A DNA stretch of 64,000 nt, taken from IMG/VR virus record IMGVR_UViG_3300044971_004534. One strand, given 5' to 3'. Positions 37,401 through 46,887 of this stretch are shown here, piece by piece. The position numbers and the translations under genes were made by a program. Position 1 is the stretch's first letter; each line of letters opens with the position of its first letter. The stretch is from a virus. Under the pieces are notes generated by a model. The model was not told where the DNA came from and did not search any database. It saw only the letters and a list, made by a program, of their open reading frames with translations.

Positions 37401-39956
37401 GTATCTTTAAGCGATGAATATGTATTCACTTCATTTAATTCTGATAACTATCAAAGATTTTTTATTATTGATCGCATTCCAAAATTGCCAAATAATTTTG
37501 AAGTCGTAGTTCTTTTAAATAGTGAAGTGTCTTCTATTAATTATGAGTTTTTGCCGGATAGAAAATTGTTAAAATTTGCATCTCAATTAGCGCCTTTAGA
37601 AGGTCAGGAAAAAACTACTCAATTATTTGATTCTCTTCCCGACATTAAATTGATTATATATTGTGATGGAGAAGTAGGCGGAGATCTTTCTAAGGACAGA
37701 CTGAGTTCAGTTTTTGCTCAGCAAATTTCTTCAGGTAAAATAAAGCCAAATAGTATTCCAGATATCAATCACTCTGGTATATACGGAGAAAAAATGTCAG
37801 CTTTAGATTGTATTGCGGAGTCGGTAGATGGTTTTAAATTTTTAGTGACCAGAAATGAGAATAGAAATTACTTGCTATTTAATCAGCAAAATAATACTTT
37901 GTCTGAAATGTCAGATTTTGAATTTAATGACTTAGAACTATCAGATGGATTTTTGTCTAAAGTTGGTTTTCCTCTAAACAAGACAAGGCACTATCTTGTT
38001 TATGACGCATTTAATATACCTGGAACTGAAAATTTTATATTTTCAACAAGTCGTGGCGTTTACTACTATTGGCAAAATGGAGATTCATTTTCTACAAGTC
38101 TTATAGTTTCTTCTGAACCACCACAAGATTCTGGCCCATGTCATAAGATTGTGTATATGCCAATATCTAAATCTATATATTGCCTAAATTTTAGAAGTTT
38201 TGACATTTTAAAAGTTTCTGCAAATGGAGGGATTGCGTTAACATATGCTCAGCAAGCATTAAACTTTAACGCGCATGTGTTTAGAGATGCGGTTGAATTA
38301 AATGATGGCACTGTATTTATAAGCTCTGACATAGGTGTTTTTAGAGTGAAAACATCTGACAATGTAAATTATCAAAGTAACAACGAGTCATTTTTTGGTG
38401 ATGTTGCAAATATTAAAATAGATCAAATTGGTTTTTTCTCAGGATCTAGTACTGAAATATATGGAATGTGGACAGATGATTCTGGTTCTGTTGTTTATAT
38501 TAGTACGGAATTCGGAATATTTTATTCTACAGATAAGGGGGATCTTTTTGTAAAAGATACTGCATTAAGAAAAACTCCTATTCTATATCACATAATAAAG
38601 TATCAAAGTGTGCTATTTGCAGTTGGAGAAAGTGGTATTTATAGAAAAAGAACAAATGAAAATGAGTTTAAGAGAATATTTTATGATGATACATTTTCTT
38701 TCAAAAGAATAGTAGTCAAATATGGAAAATTACTGGTTACCACAAACGATGGTGTTTATGCAAGTGAAAGTTTAGTTAAATGTAAATATAACGAATCTGT
38801 AAGCTTGTATCCCATAGATTTGGAAAATGCAGAGAGTGGATTGCGTAAGCTCGTTTATTCGTTAGTCCCATTTGGTCCCTATCTTGTAGCATGTTTAGAG
38901 GGGAAAACAAAAATTATATATAATCTGGACAGATACGCAGATCACGTTGATTTTTCATCTACAATTACTATATTTGGTCACGACGATTTCCCGACTGTTA
39001 CTGTTAACGGTAAGCCAGAAAATATTCATGTGTATTTTCAATATAATTCAGACGGTACAAAAAATGATTGTTTGTTTTTTGACAAATTTATAGATCAAGA
39101 AAAGTCTGTTCGTGTAATACGACAGTATGCTTCTTTTAAACTTCCCTCTGGGGGTTGGGCTAGAAGAGATTTTGCTGCGACTTGCATACTGTATAAAAAC
39201 AATTCTGATCTTAATGAGGGAAGTAGGGCGCATAAGCCATTTAACCAGCTTGCATATTATGCTGACATATCTCATGCCTTAAATGATAAGGTAGCCAACA
39301 TAGTATCTGTGGAGTCTGGCATAGAGGATGTAAAATCTCATGCCCTTTACATGATGACTAACACTGTAGATAATGATGGAAATATTACTGAATTGGGAGT
39401 TCATCGTTTTACTAGAAATAATATTAGAATCATGATTGACAAGATTGATCAGGTGAATGCAAACATTTATGACGATACTGATGCTTCTAACATGGGTATT
39501 TTGAGTTCTTTGAGATTGCCTTACATGAATTTGCAGGTTGATTTTATATCTAATGTGTTGCCAAGTCCATATGGGGTATCAGTGGAACGTCTTAACGAAT
39601 TAGGAATTATTTCTCAGTCTTATTCAGAGCCTTCATATACAGGAACTCTTGGGACATATGACCCAGAAGACCCAAATTATTTGTTGCCTAATATTCCATT
39701 GACAACTCCTATAGATGGCACTGATGAGCCTAATTACGAGATAAGCGATGAGGATGCATTCTCTGACAGTCTAGAAGTTCCATATAGTGGATATTATGGC
39801 AGTAATAACGCTGGCGTAGCTGGATTCTCTTGGATTGGTGGTCGCAATAGACCATCTGGCACCGTAGAGCCTCCAGAGGGTGGAGACTTTGGATGTCGTT
39901 ATAATTGTGACGATGATTCTGGCGGAAGCGGTCCTGGTGGTGGAGGGTTAGGATAA
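34410..39956 (+). CDS. Giant fibre-like structural protein (1,848 aa) with FN3 domains and a C-terminal propeller-like region
   Basis: TAATG overlap with the upstream gene. The N-terminus is paralogous to the 3666 gene. It has several FN3-like units (for example PDVPSSLKCFPAHRSICVNWKHS...YYYLTL...ISIKAISAFGIESSEA at nt ~35068-35328, and YKVYRI...NYYIYRVVTVGLLGQVS). An HRH motif lies at 37362-37370. Repeated G(V/I)(Y/F) blades (SRGVYYY, DIGVFRV, EFGIFYSTDKGDLF, ESGIYRK, NDGVYAS) lie at ~38030-38775. The C-terminus is Gly-rich. Confidence 0.9.
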   Translation: MPFYTEKFNLPFFSRGEIYSASKDRKRFEIIDEELSYLSSLIGSGVVNGLEVIKISNSQVQVKSGLFCIDGKMYSNSVDQILEVGSVGSNYVRINNGSSNALIFGRSSNIAEISYTDTGIDALIENVEFESITPYSVKINIISLLPADSKKIRAYRSIDNSFNSAVPIAAIDYPSVEFNDEEINAGTNYYYWFTIEDINGFVSEVSSSFLYTSPSDLSIPDVPSSLKCFPAHRSICVNWKHSFSKNIDYYYLTLVQSGIVQERVVPKNINHVIFSNLKNGIACNISIKAISAFGIESSEATISAVPSFHPGARDADSIYGVFSPAVVENTVRSFIDITWSDPVIDPSLQDLSVGELKELEGFVVSVRYQVWELRVNGTFSIQGEPTEAFIPNQIRFSSYTRKNSQNQIVNEPLKDNTSYLIKLTRVVNGMESVGRYITVGTGDVTPPSKAFNISGSLQNDSTILFTWSVDKISEILKQKVIVKSAPIISTTYNYAGSTSTGIRFESITSTGAQSGTAISAIFEEDPPFKIGFTGSYITCKIDKERIQSLNNSASVAGFSSVSIDILSASEDILISTENKNLVDVIEEFNSIPAVLKITFIPGSGFSKSLLVTPAQCFEIQNASSYSDEEILFDRLLPSEPANFTPGVAEGYGDAISYTRELLLLNSGLSISDIQKNVTVGEYQLQISEEIGNSTSYVLPYSYVVPDRRYHIAVSLYDFSGNESAIAEYYFDTPSPWQIDPETSPMMQVVSAQDGFLKVSWIPSPSQYVSQYKVYRINIGLTDSLSFQNERNAIWDYVGHVDSSDHEFIDYSVIPGNYYIYRVVTVGLLGQVSPIFFGLMENDSTTSVKRANKLTGEEFTPSISIAQNNNDILVSVNTQSGDFDGFQIYRSFNMEEFKLIGSLSTGEYQFLDRGALLKSGSYRYLAIPVTTQSSLIITNDENISDGILLAEVVLGLNSLDIIDRRSSVLLGSSAVTPELNKKISDHRHFAYSEDVDMRVSLSDEYVFTSFNSDNYQRFFIIDRIPKLPNNFEVVVLLNSEVSSINYEFLPDRKLLKFASQLAPLEGQEKTTQLFDSLPDIKLIIYCDGEVGGDLSKDRLSSVFAQQISSGKIKPNSIPDINHSGIYGEKMSALDCIAESVDGFKFLVTRNENRNYLLFNQQNNTLSEMSDFEFNDLELSDGFLSKVGFPLNKTRHYLVYDAFNIPGTENFIFSTSRGVYYYWQNGDSFSTSLIVSSEPPQDSGPCHKIVYMPISKSIYCLNFRSFDILKVSANGGIALTYAQQALNFNAHVFRDAVELNDGTVFISSDIGVFRVKTSDNVNYQSNNESFFGDVANIKIDQIGFFSGSSTEIYGMWTDDSGSVVYISTEFGIFYSTDKGDLFVKDTALRKTPILYHIIKYQSVLFAVGESGIYRKRTNENEFKRIFYDDTFSFKRIVVKYGKLLVTTNDGVYASESLVKCKYNESVSLYPIDLENAESGLRKLVYSLVPFGPYLVACLEGKTKIIYNLDRYADHVDFSSTITIFGHDDFPTVTVNGKPENIHVYFQYNSDGTKNDCLFFDKFIDQEKSVRVIRQYASFKLPSGGWARRDFAATCILYKNNSDLNEGSRAHKPFNQLAYYADISHALNDKVANIVSVESGIEDVKSHALYMMTNTVDNDGNITELGVHRFTRNNIRIMIDKIDQVNANIYDDTDASNMGILSSLRLPYMNLQVDFISNVLPSPYGVSVERLNELGIISQSYSEPSYTGTLGTYDPEDPNYLLPNIPLTTPIDGTDEPNYEISDEDAFSDSLEVPYSGYYGSNNAGVAGFSWIGGRNRPSGTVEPPEGGDFGCRYNCDDDSGGSGPGGGGLG
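35068..35328 (+). other. Fibronectin type III-like domain (one of several in this gene)
   Basis: The sequence PDVPSSLKCFPAHRSICVNWKHSFSKNIDYYYLTLVQ...HVIFSNLKNGIACNISIKAISAFGIESSEATISAVP fits the P..P..L......i.v.W....... Y.Y.l ... L..g..Y.h.h.A.n..G.S pattern. Confidence 0.55.
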
Positions 39957-40597
39957 TGCCTGGTCCTGGAGGAGGTTCCAATACCGGTGGCGGAGGAGGT
40001 CAGGATGCTGGCTTTGGAGGATTTACGTCCTATCAAGCACTTGTAGATGCTGTAGTAAGCTGGACTCCAAAGTTGACAAGAATATTTCTTTCTAGATATC
40101 AGGGAAAGTATAGGGCTTGGGATTCTGCTTCTGCATTAGCAGCTGGCGCTCCTCAGCTACCCTCTAGTAGTACTTCTTCTGAGCAGTCTATACTTCAACA
40201 GTGGTCTGCTTTGACCGAAAAGCAAAGAATATCAATACTTCAATTTATTTTATCTTTTAGGGTTGGAGGTAGAGGTTGCACTAGGAAATACAATAGGCCA
40301 TATGTAGAGTGTGAAAAAGTAGTGACATATCAGGGAAAAAGTATATGTACAAGATACAAAACTGGACAAAATAAAGATATTTGTGATCAAGCTTCAGCTC
40401 CTGCTATTTGTAAAAAAGTAATAGCTACTTGGCAAGAAGTCGCTACTTGTGAATCTTTTTCTGATGAAGCAACGGATCAGTTTTTTGCCTGGTTATCATC
40501 TAAGTTTTCTAATGATTCTTACGCTAAAATAGCTCAAAAAAGTTTAGATGATCTTTATCTTAATGGGGTGCCGAGAAAAAGGAAAGACATACAATGA
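39956..40597 (+). CDS. Hypothetical protein (213 aa) with a Gly-rich N-terminus and a Cys-rich C-terminal half
   Basis: TAATG overlap with the upstream gene. The N-terminus is MPGPGGGSNTGGGGGQDAGFGGF. Six Cys fall within ~60 aa (GCTRKYNRPYVECEK...SICTRYKTGQNKDICDQASAPAICKK...ATCESF). It fills the space exactly up to the next ATGA-coupled gene. Confidence 0.75.
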   Translation: MPGPGGGSNTGGGGGQDAGFGGFTSYQALVDAVVSWTPKLTRIFLSRYQGKYRAWDSASALAAGAPQLPSSSTSSEQSILQQWSALTEKQRISILQFILSFRVGGRGCTRKYNRPYVECEKVVTYQGKSICTRYKTGQNKDICDQASAPAICKKVIATWQEVATCESFSDEATDQFFAWLSSKFSNDSYAKIAQKSLDDLYLNGVPRKRKDIQ

Positions 40598-42219
40598 ATT
40601 ATCCTATTGATGAAAGACCAATATATGGAGCTACTGCCATGTCCAGTAATAGGGTTTATCATGCTATTGCATCTTTAGATAAAAACGGATTTAATGTTGC
40701 TGGAAGAAAAAATAGCGATGCTTTTTATCAGGTTGGCAAAGGTGGATCTTTATCTGTATTGTTTTCTAATTACAAATCCGATTGCGGTATACACTATGTA
40801 AATTTTGAAGGAACAGTACCAATCTTTTTAGATCTACAGCGTCTTCATCATTCTTATAATGAAGTTACCAATTCTGACTTAGCTATCAATGGTATTGCAA
40901 CTAGCGTTAGTTACTTGATCTCTGGCAATTCTTATTGTTTAAGATATCCAAAAAGCTTTGGTAAAATATTATTTGAAAAAAATAATAATTATTTTTATAT
41001 TGACGAACTTTTAGAAAAAGATAATTATTACGAAATTATCATTCATCCAAGATCTGTCGCTAAATTTACATTTACAGTATCATTTCAAAATTTACCATTA
41101 GTATCTTTAAGATTTAATATATTTAAGCCGAAGCAGATAGATTCTGAAACATTAACATTAAAGCATTACTTAAATTTTTATAATTTTACATTAGAAAATG
41201 ATAAGTGGTTGTTGGATTCACCTTCAAAAATGGTGGTGACATTAAATGAAAAGAGTCAATACTCTTATTTTAAAACAAGTGGAGACAAAAATTGTTTTTA
41301 TATTAATGGATATAATTCTCCCATAGTGATTTTTGCTTATGATAAGCAGTATGTAATAGAAAATCAAAATAAAAAAGATAGTCCTTTTTATTTTGATTTC
41401 TATTCAGAGGGCATGTATAAAAAACCATATAATGATTTTGACAATGATATAAACACTGACAGATTAAATTTATTTTTTGTTTTTAAAAGTATGACAGATG
41501 CCTTTAGTCGTAGTTATGAAAATTTAGATATAGATCCATACATAGATTTAGATTTTGATAGAGCTGTAGCTTATGATCCAGATAATATGTATTATGCGTG
41601 TTCAAACAAGCGTTATGCTGGTAATAAAATTTATATAGGGAAAAAAAGTATATCTTATATTACTGGAATGTATGGCATGGTTGCTCCAGATTCTAAAAAA
41701 ATTACATTTGCTGATTCTGGTTCATATATTGTTTATGACTATTTTGAACACGTGTGTGGCAAAGTTATGAATGTAGAAGTTATTGATTATTCAACAAGAG
41801 TAATTACGTCTCAAGATGAAATATCTTCTATTGCTCTATCTAGTAAAGATTTTGTTTTTGTTGATCAAAAATCTAGTAATTTGTATTTGTCTTTAATAGG
41901 AGACATGTTTTCGAGTATAGATGAATTTGCAGCTTATGTAGTTTCTGGTGGTATTCCACCAGGGTTGCCACAGAGTGGCAATGTAACGATTAAGATTAAT
42001 ACTGCTTATTTTGAAGCAAATAAAAGCAGTTCTAGTCTTTTTGCTTATAACTATATGAAATATAAAACAGATTTATCAAATTTAAGTGATAATGATTTTT
42101 ATAATTATATGTATTCAGATATTGATATTTACATTAAAAAAATAGTATCTGTATTAAAGTCTTATAGAGTGTTTGAAGTTAATGTGGAATTCGAGAAAAC
42201 AAGTACTGCAAAAAGGTGA
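40594..42219 (+). CDS. Hypothetical protein (541 aa), extremely AT-rich ORFan
   Basis: ATGA overlap with the upstream gene, and 541 uninterrupted codons even though local G+C is very low (15% and 22% in two spot-counted 60-nt lines at 40981 and 41341). At that composition a chance ORF of this length is implausible. It is rich in N/K/Y/F/I and has no recognisable motif. Confidence 0.8.
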   Translation: MNYPIDERPIYGATAMSSNRVYHAIASLDKNGFNVAGRKNSDAFYQVGKGGSLSVLFSNYKSDCGIHYVNFEGTVPIFLDLQRLHHSYNEVTNSDLAINGIATSVSYLISGNSYCLRYPKSFGKILFEKNNNYFYIDELLEKDNYYEIIIHPRSVAKFTFTVSFQNLPLVSLRFNIFKPKQIDSETLTLKHYLNFYNFTLENDKWLLDSPSKMVVTLNEKSQYSYFKTSGDKNCFYINGYNSPIVIFAYDKQYVIENQNKKDSPFYFDFYSEGMYKKPYNDFDNDINTDRLNLFFVFKSMTDAFSRSYENLDIDPYIDLDFDRAVAYDPDNMYYACSNKRYAGNKIYIGKKSISYITGMYGMVAPDSKKITFADSGSYIVYDYFEHVCGKVMNVEVIDYSTRVITSQDEISSIALSSKDFVFVDQKSSNLYLSLIGDMFSSIDEFAAYVVSGGIPPGLPQSGNVTIKINTAYFEANKSSSSLFAYNYMKYKTDLSNLSDNDFYNYMYSDIDIYIKKIVSVLKSYRVFEVNVEFEKTSTAKR

Positions 42220-42227
42220 TTTTATAC

Positions 42228-43130
42228 ATGCATATATTGAACATATCAAAAAATTTTGACTATATTTACTTAGATGCAAAATCAAGTTCTGTAAATATAC
42301 ATGATATAAACAAACTTGTTGAGAACTCGTACATACAAAAAGTAGTTATAAAAAATTGGAACAAAAATTATATTGCCGCAAACTATAGAGCATTATATCA
42401 ATTAAAAAGTAATGCAACTTTGCAGTTCTCTATGATCAATGCATCTTCTGTTGATATCATGGCAATGCAGGCTTTTTTGGCACAAGAAGAAATTCCAAAA
42501 GAAGTGTCAGCATTTGACGTAAGCAGATCAATTTTTGTACCGCAGTGGATAAATAGAATAAATAACATTCTTGTGTGGGACCAAAATTTATTTTACAATA
42601 ACAGTTTTTCTTTTACGGTATCTAAGTACGTAAATCAGTATCCCTCAGCCGTCAAAAAAGTAGTAATATTCCCTAACAATTTATCATCTCTAGATCAAGC
42701 TAGTCTTTCGACTTTGATGAATATGAATGGCATGGAGCAAAGTTTCGTATCTTCTTATGCTGGTTCTGTTGTTTCAAAGTACGGTGTTGACACAATTTGG
42801 CCCATATCTGTTAGTTCTTACAGTGACATAGATAATTTGGCTGCTTCTTTACGAAGCTATCTTGATGCTTTTAACATATTAAGTGTAATGATCATTTTTA
42901 GCGATAATATTAACAAGTCAAGTCTTTCTCTTGAGGAATATTACAGTATATCTAATTTGGAGAATTACGTGAACGTATACCTGTATGGATTACCAGTTGA
43001 CAAGGCTGGCAAGGCTTCTAGAGATCTAGACAGGTTTAAATGGATATCTGATGTAAAATATAGTAATTATTTTAAATCGGGCGTTAACGTCTATAATAAA
43101 AATAATATTAATTTTATTTTGCTAAAATGA
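42228..43130 (+). CDS. Hypothetical protein (~300 aa)
   Basis: The track starts this ORF at a GTG at 42216 (GTGA overlap). I prefer the in-frame ATG at 42228 because AAGGTGAT (42213-42220) is a good Shine-Dalgarno sequence 7 nt upstream of it. No recognisable domain. Confidence 0.75.
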   Translation: MHILNISKNFDYIYLDAKSSSVNIHDINKLVENSYIQKVVIKNWNKNYIAANYRALYQLKSNATLQFSMINASSVDIMAMQAFLAQEEIPKEVSAFDVSRSIFVPQWINRINNILVWDQNLFYNNSFSFTVSKYVNQYPSAVKKVVIFPNNLSSLDQASLSTLMNMNGMEQSFVSSYAGSVVSKYGVDTIWPISVSSYSDIDNLAASLRSYLDAFNILSVMIIFSDNINKSSLSLEEYYSISNLENYVNVYLYGLPVDKAGKASRDLDRFKWISDVKYSNYFKSGVNVYNKNNINFILLK

Positions 43131-43137
43131 CAATACT

Positions 43138-46100
43138 ATGCCTATAAAAGGAATCTCTAAATATTCAGTTTCTTTACAATTTTCCGAAGTTGGTGGAGAT
43201 CCACGTCCAGGTTCAGTTGTTTCCTATATGGACGAGTCTGGTCACGAACATCATTTTGTTGTCACTTTTTATGCAGCGGGTATTAAGTCATTCGGCATAA
43301 AACCCATATCTGGAATTGGTAAAATAAATCCTGGAATATTGCCTGGTTCTTATCTGAGATCTTTAGATAAAAGTTTTTATATAAAAGTTGGCAATAATTC
43401 TGTTACGCTTTCAGATGGATCAAAAATACACCAACTTGCTGAGGTAACAGATGTCAGAGAATCTTTTATTTCAAATCGTCATAGTTTAATTATTGATGAC
43501 GCTAGAGGTATAAGGTGGAACCAGGCCTTTATGGATGGCTCAGACTTTGCCTACTCTGCATGTGATTTAAGTTTTTTGAGTGTGGTTTTTCCATATGAGA
43601 AAGAAGTAATCAGTGGGATATCTAATCATAGACCTAGTCCAGTAATTGCTTTAAGCAAGCAGTTTGGCATTATGCAAAGTAGCGATGTAAAACATTATAA
43701 AAATTATCCTGTATTATTTTTAGATAGAAACGCAAACGATTTTTATAAAGTTCAAGTTTCTGAATTTGTAAATCTTGGTGATTTTGCAGTCAATAATCTT
43801 TCTTACGCTGTAAAAGATGAATCATTTTTGCGTGAATTGCAAGATTATACTTTGTGTGTTTTTGCTAGCAATGACTATTTAAATAATAAAAATGTATTTG
43901 CAAGCTTTGCAGCTAATATTGGCGCTTTTAATTCTAAAGACGTAGTAAATGATTTACTTTCTTTAAATACTATATTATCTTGTGGTTTAGTAAGAGCCAA
44001 AACCTTAGCTAATGGAAGTGGTTATGAGTTTATAAAAAATGTAAATTCCATAGACAACACTATATCTAATGGATGTTTTGATGGAGACTATATAAATGAA
44101 TTTATTCCAACAGATGATTTGTCTTTATTGTTTTTAAAATACGACGGCAAATATTATTGTGTTGGAAACTTTACCTATGAAAACACTGAATACGTATCTG
44201 GTTGCAATATGATTAATGGCAGATATGTTTCAGAAGGTCGAAATTCATTTGGAGAATTCTCTAAATCACTCATTGACAGTGAAAATTATTGCTCAATCAA
44301 TAAAGTAAAAATGTTTTTTGACCAAAAGTTTTTTGATGTTGTAAATGCAATTGTTGCTCTTTATGGGGTAGAGCAATTTGTTCATGAGCCAATAGGTATT
44401 GTTAGCAAGACAATAGACGGCAATGACATCAATAGGGACTATCAGTCGTATGACCCTGTTGTATGCTTGCATAACTATATTGTTGGAGACACTGTGCCAT
44501 CTTACCTAGATGGAAAGTATAGGCTAAACGATCTGTGTGACAACTATGTTCCTGGAAGTGCATTTTTAGATCGTGACATTAGACCTTTAACAAAAAATAT
44601 CAACTCAAAAGGTTTAGCAGAAAAAAGTACTGGGGTAGCTTTTAGGCCTAGCTATGCATACAAGAAAAATCAAAATAAATCTTTTTCTATTGCTGTATCT
44701 GGTTTTTCTGATTTGCTAATACCTTTTAAAAATACAATTAAAGACATTTTAGTAGATTATAATTTTACTTCATTAGAATCTGTTGACTTGGGTCTTAAGA
44801 TTGTTGGGGATATTGAAAGTTCTCAAATTAAAAATTTATATATTTCTGGAGTTTCTTGCATAGAAGATAATAGCGTATTATCTGGTTCTGATGGCGTGCT
44901 TAAGTACATGAGAAAAGACGGCTCTGTCAGTAATGTTGTTCGCCATAATGATGCTTTGCTGTTATTAAGTTTATCTTTACAATTTTTATCTTTTTTAAAT
45001 AATAACAATTACTCAAAGAACATGTCCTCAAGGCCAAGTTTAGTATTTGAGTTTGGTAAAAGCGGTAGAAGTAAGGCTGTAAAGCTTGCGTTTGCTTTAT
45101 ATTGCAATAATAAAAATATATATCAACTCAATGAAAATGATAATATTTACTATGTCCATAGTCATGATAGGGATTTGGCAATTATTGAAATTAAAAGACT
45201 TATAAAAAGTTTAAGAAATTTTTATGGATCATTTTCCAATTCTGTTTATCAAGATCTTTTAAAGTTAATTAATTTTTATGATATGAAATATAAAAATTCA
45301 GCGATCTCTTCTATGAAAGATAAGATTGTAGATGCCGCTCATTTGCTTACAAAATTTGATTTTTACGTCAAGGGCCTTGGAGATCCTTTAGTAGATGTTT
45401 TTGGAATCTCTGAAAATTCAAGTGGTAAAGTGAATATTGAAAAAATATCTGGACTGTCATTAAACAACAAAGATCTTAAAAATTATATTCCATCTAATGT
45501 CAGTAAGCGCGTGTCAGGATATTCTGTTAGTAAATCTATGTCTCATGTTAGCATTTCTCCTATTTGGTCTGGTGCTGTGCTTTTTTCTGGCACTATAAGC
45601 AGCCCATATTCACCATCAGGTCAATATGCAGTTTATGATGATGTCAATAACGCTTTAGAGTCTATTATTTTAAGATGGATAAGCGGAATAGACTCTTTGA
45701 AAAATGAATGTGAAGGCTACATAATAGAATCAAAAGATGATGTTGGCATTGTTGATGAGAACGAAATAAGTGCACGTAATTTTATTTTAGTATCTTCCTT
45801 AAAAAACAAATCCGATGTATTGTTAAAAGACAATTTTAAAATAGGTATTTCTTATGCTTGCATCACTGATGTAGAATTCAGGGGTAAGAGTACGGTTCAT
45901 TTTAATAATGGTTATATTTTGCATAACAGAAGGATATTTAGCGCTATTGTTAAGCCTTCTATAGACGCTGGTGCTAGGGTAATTTTGCAAGAGCAAAACG
46001 TTGATCAATTAATTATAGATTATTTTTCTAACATTGATAGCGCTATTAATGGATCTGCAAGTAAAAAATCAGAAGATGCTTTATGTTTTTTTGAAAATGT

Positions 46101-46887
46101 ATATAATCCAGATTATGTTGAAAGAACTGCAATAACAGATATAGGCGGACAAGAAGTGGCTGTTTTTGAAGGAGTAAAGTTTAGCTTTTTTAGTCAAAAT
46201 GCTTTTGCAAATTATGATACTTACAAGGGAGAATATTATTTTGATTCTCGTATTGCTTACAAAGAATCTTACGCACCACAGGGTGCTGACATCGTAGATT
46301 TAAATGTTGACTTAGACAGGCTTAATGACAGAAAAAGATCTTTGTATGTTGCTCAAAATTTAATATCGGAACAAATATCTTCAGTTATAGATCAAATATC
46401 TTCTTATGAAATTACTCAAAACGTTAATAAAAGTTTACTTATATATGGATTAAGATCTTCAGCATTAAATGCGCCTAAAAGATTGACTGCAAATCTTTTT
46501 GGTCATAACTTTTTTAACTTTGTTATGGTTAAATTGGGTGAAGAAGTTCAAGACTCTTATTTTACTCACAATACTTTCCTGTCTCCATATGCTGGCCTTA
46601 AAGCAAATAGGATTCACGCGTTTACGACAGACGACAATTTTGTTATGAAAAAGATCTTTGATAGATCTTCAAGTGTCAAAGATTGTTACGTTGAAAGGTC
46701 TATTCTTGCTGATTGGGGTAAATTAAAGAACTTGTATCCAATTCCGCCCAATGAATATGCTACAGCTGATGGCATAAATATTAATAAGGGCGAAGGCTCT
46801 AATAATAATGATGACGATATAATATATAGATTTAAAATAAGTAATTTGCCTAATATAAAAAGTTACACAATTAATGGTATAATTTAA
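43138..46887 (+). CDS. Large hypothetical structural protein (1,249 aa), ORFan
   Basis: Uninterrupted 1,249-codon ORF, 7 nt after the upstream stop. Its stop overlaps the next ATG (TAATG). I can recognise no motif, signal peptide or TM segment. Confidence 0.85.
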   Translation: MPIKGISKYSVSLQFSEVGGDPRPGSVVSYMDESGHEHHFVVTFYAAGIKSFGIKPISGIGKINPGILPGSYLRSLDKSFYIKVGNNSVTLSDGSKIHQLAEVTDVRESFISNRHSLIIDDARGIRWNQAFMDGSDFAYSACDLSFLSVVFPYEKEVISGISNHRPSPVIALSKQFGIMQSSDVKHYKNYPVLFLDRNANDFYKVQVSEFVNLGDFAVNNLSYAVKDESFLRELQDYTLCVFASNDYLNNKNVFASFAANIGAFNSKDVVNDLLSLNTILSCGLVRAKTLANGSGYEFIKNVNSIDNTISNGCFDGDYINEFIPTDDLSLLFLKYDGKYYCVGNFTYENTEYVSGCNMINGRYVSEGRNSFGEFSKSLIDSENYCSINKVKMFFDQKFFDVVNAIVALYGVEQFVHEPIGIVSKTIDGNDINRDYQSYDPVVCLHNYIVGDTVPSYLDGKYRLNDLCDNYVPGSAFLDRDIRPLTKNINSKGLAEKSTGVAFRPSYAYKKNQNKSFSIAVSGFSDLLIPFKNTIKDILVDYNFTSLESVDLGLKIVGDIESSQIKNLYISGVSCIEDNSVLSGSDGVLKYMRKDGSVSNVVRHNDALLLLSLSLQFLSFLNNNNYSKNMSSRPSLVFEFGKSGRSKAVKLAFALYCNNKNIYQLNENDNIYYVHSHDRDLAIIEIKRLIKSLRNFYGSFSNSVYQDLLKLINFYDMKYKNSAISSMKDKIVDAAHLLTKFDFYVKGLGDPLVDVFGISENSSGKVNIEKISGLSLNNKDLKNYIPSNVSKRVSGYSVSKSMSHVSISPIWSGAVLFSGTISSPYSPSGQYAVYDDVNNALESIILRWISGIDSLKNECEGYIIESKDDVGIVDENEISARNFILVSSLKNKSDVLLKDNFKIGISYACITDVEFRGKSTVHFNNGYILHNRRIFSAIVKPSIDAGARVILQEQNVDQLIIDYFSNIDSAINGSASKKSEDALCFFENVYNPDYVERTAITDIGGQEVAVFEGVKFSFFSQNAFANYDTYKGEYYFDSRIAYKESYAPQGADIVDLNVDLDRLNDRKRSLYVAQNLISEQISSVIDQISSYEITQNVNKSLLIYGLRSSALNAPKRLTANLFGHNFFNFVMVKLGEEVQDSYFTHNTFLSPYAGLKANRIHAFTTDDNFVMKKIFDRSSSVKDCYVERSILADWGKLKNLYPIPPNEYATADGININKGEGSNNNDDDIIYRFKISNLPNIKSYTINGII

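Noticed and set aside
39900-39960. Programmed -1 ribosomal frameshift joining the 34410 and 39956 genes.
   Set aside because: No X XXY YYZ slippery heptamer is visible. The downstream frame is closed by TAA (39902), TGA (39908) and TGA (39914) until just before its ATG. The canonical TAATG reinitiation overlap explains the junction. The repeat-mediated fusion idea is kept as a separate low-interest finding.
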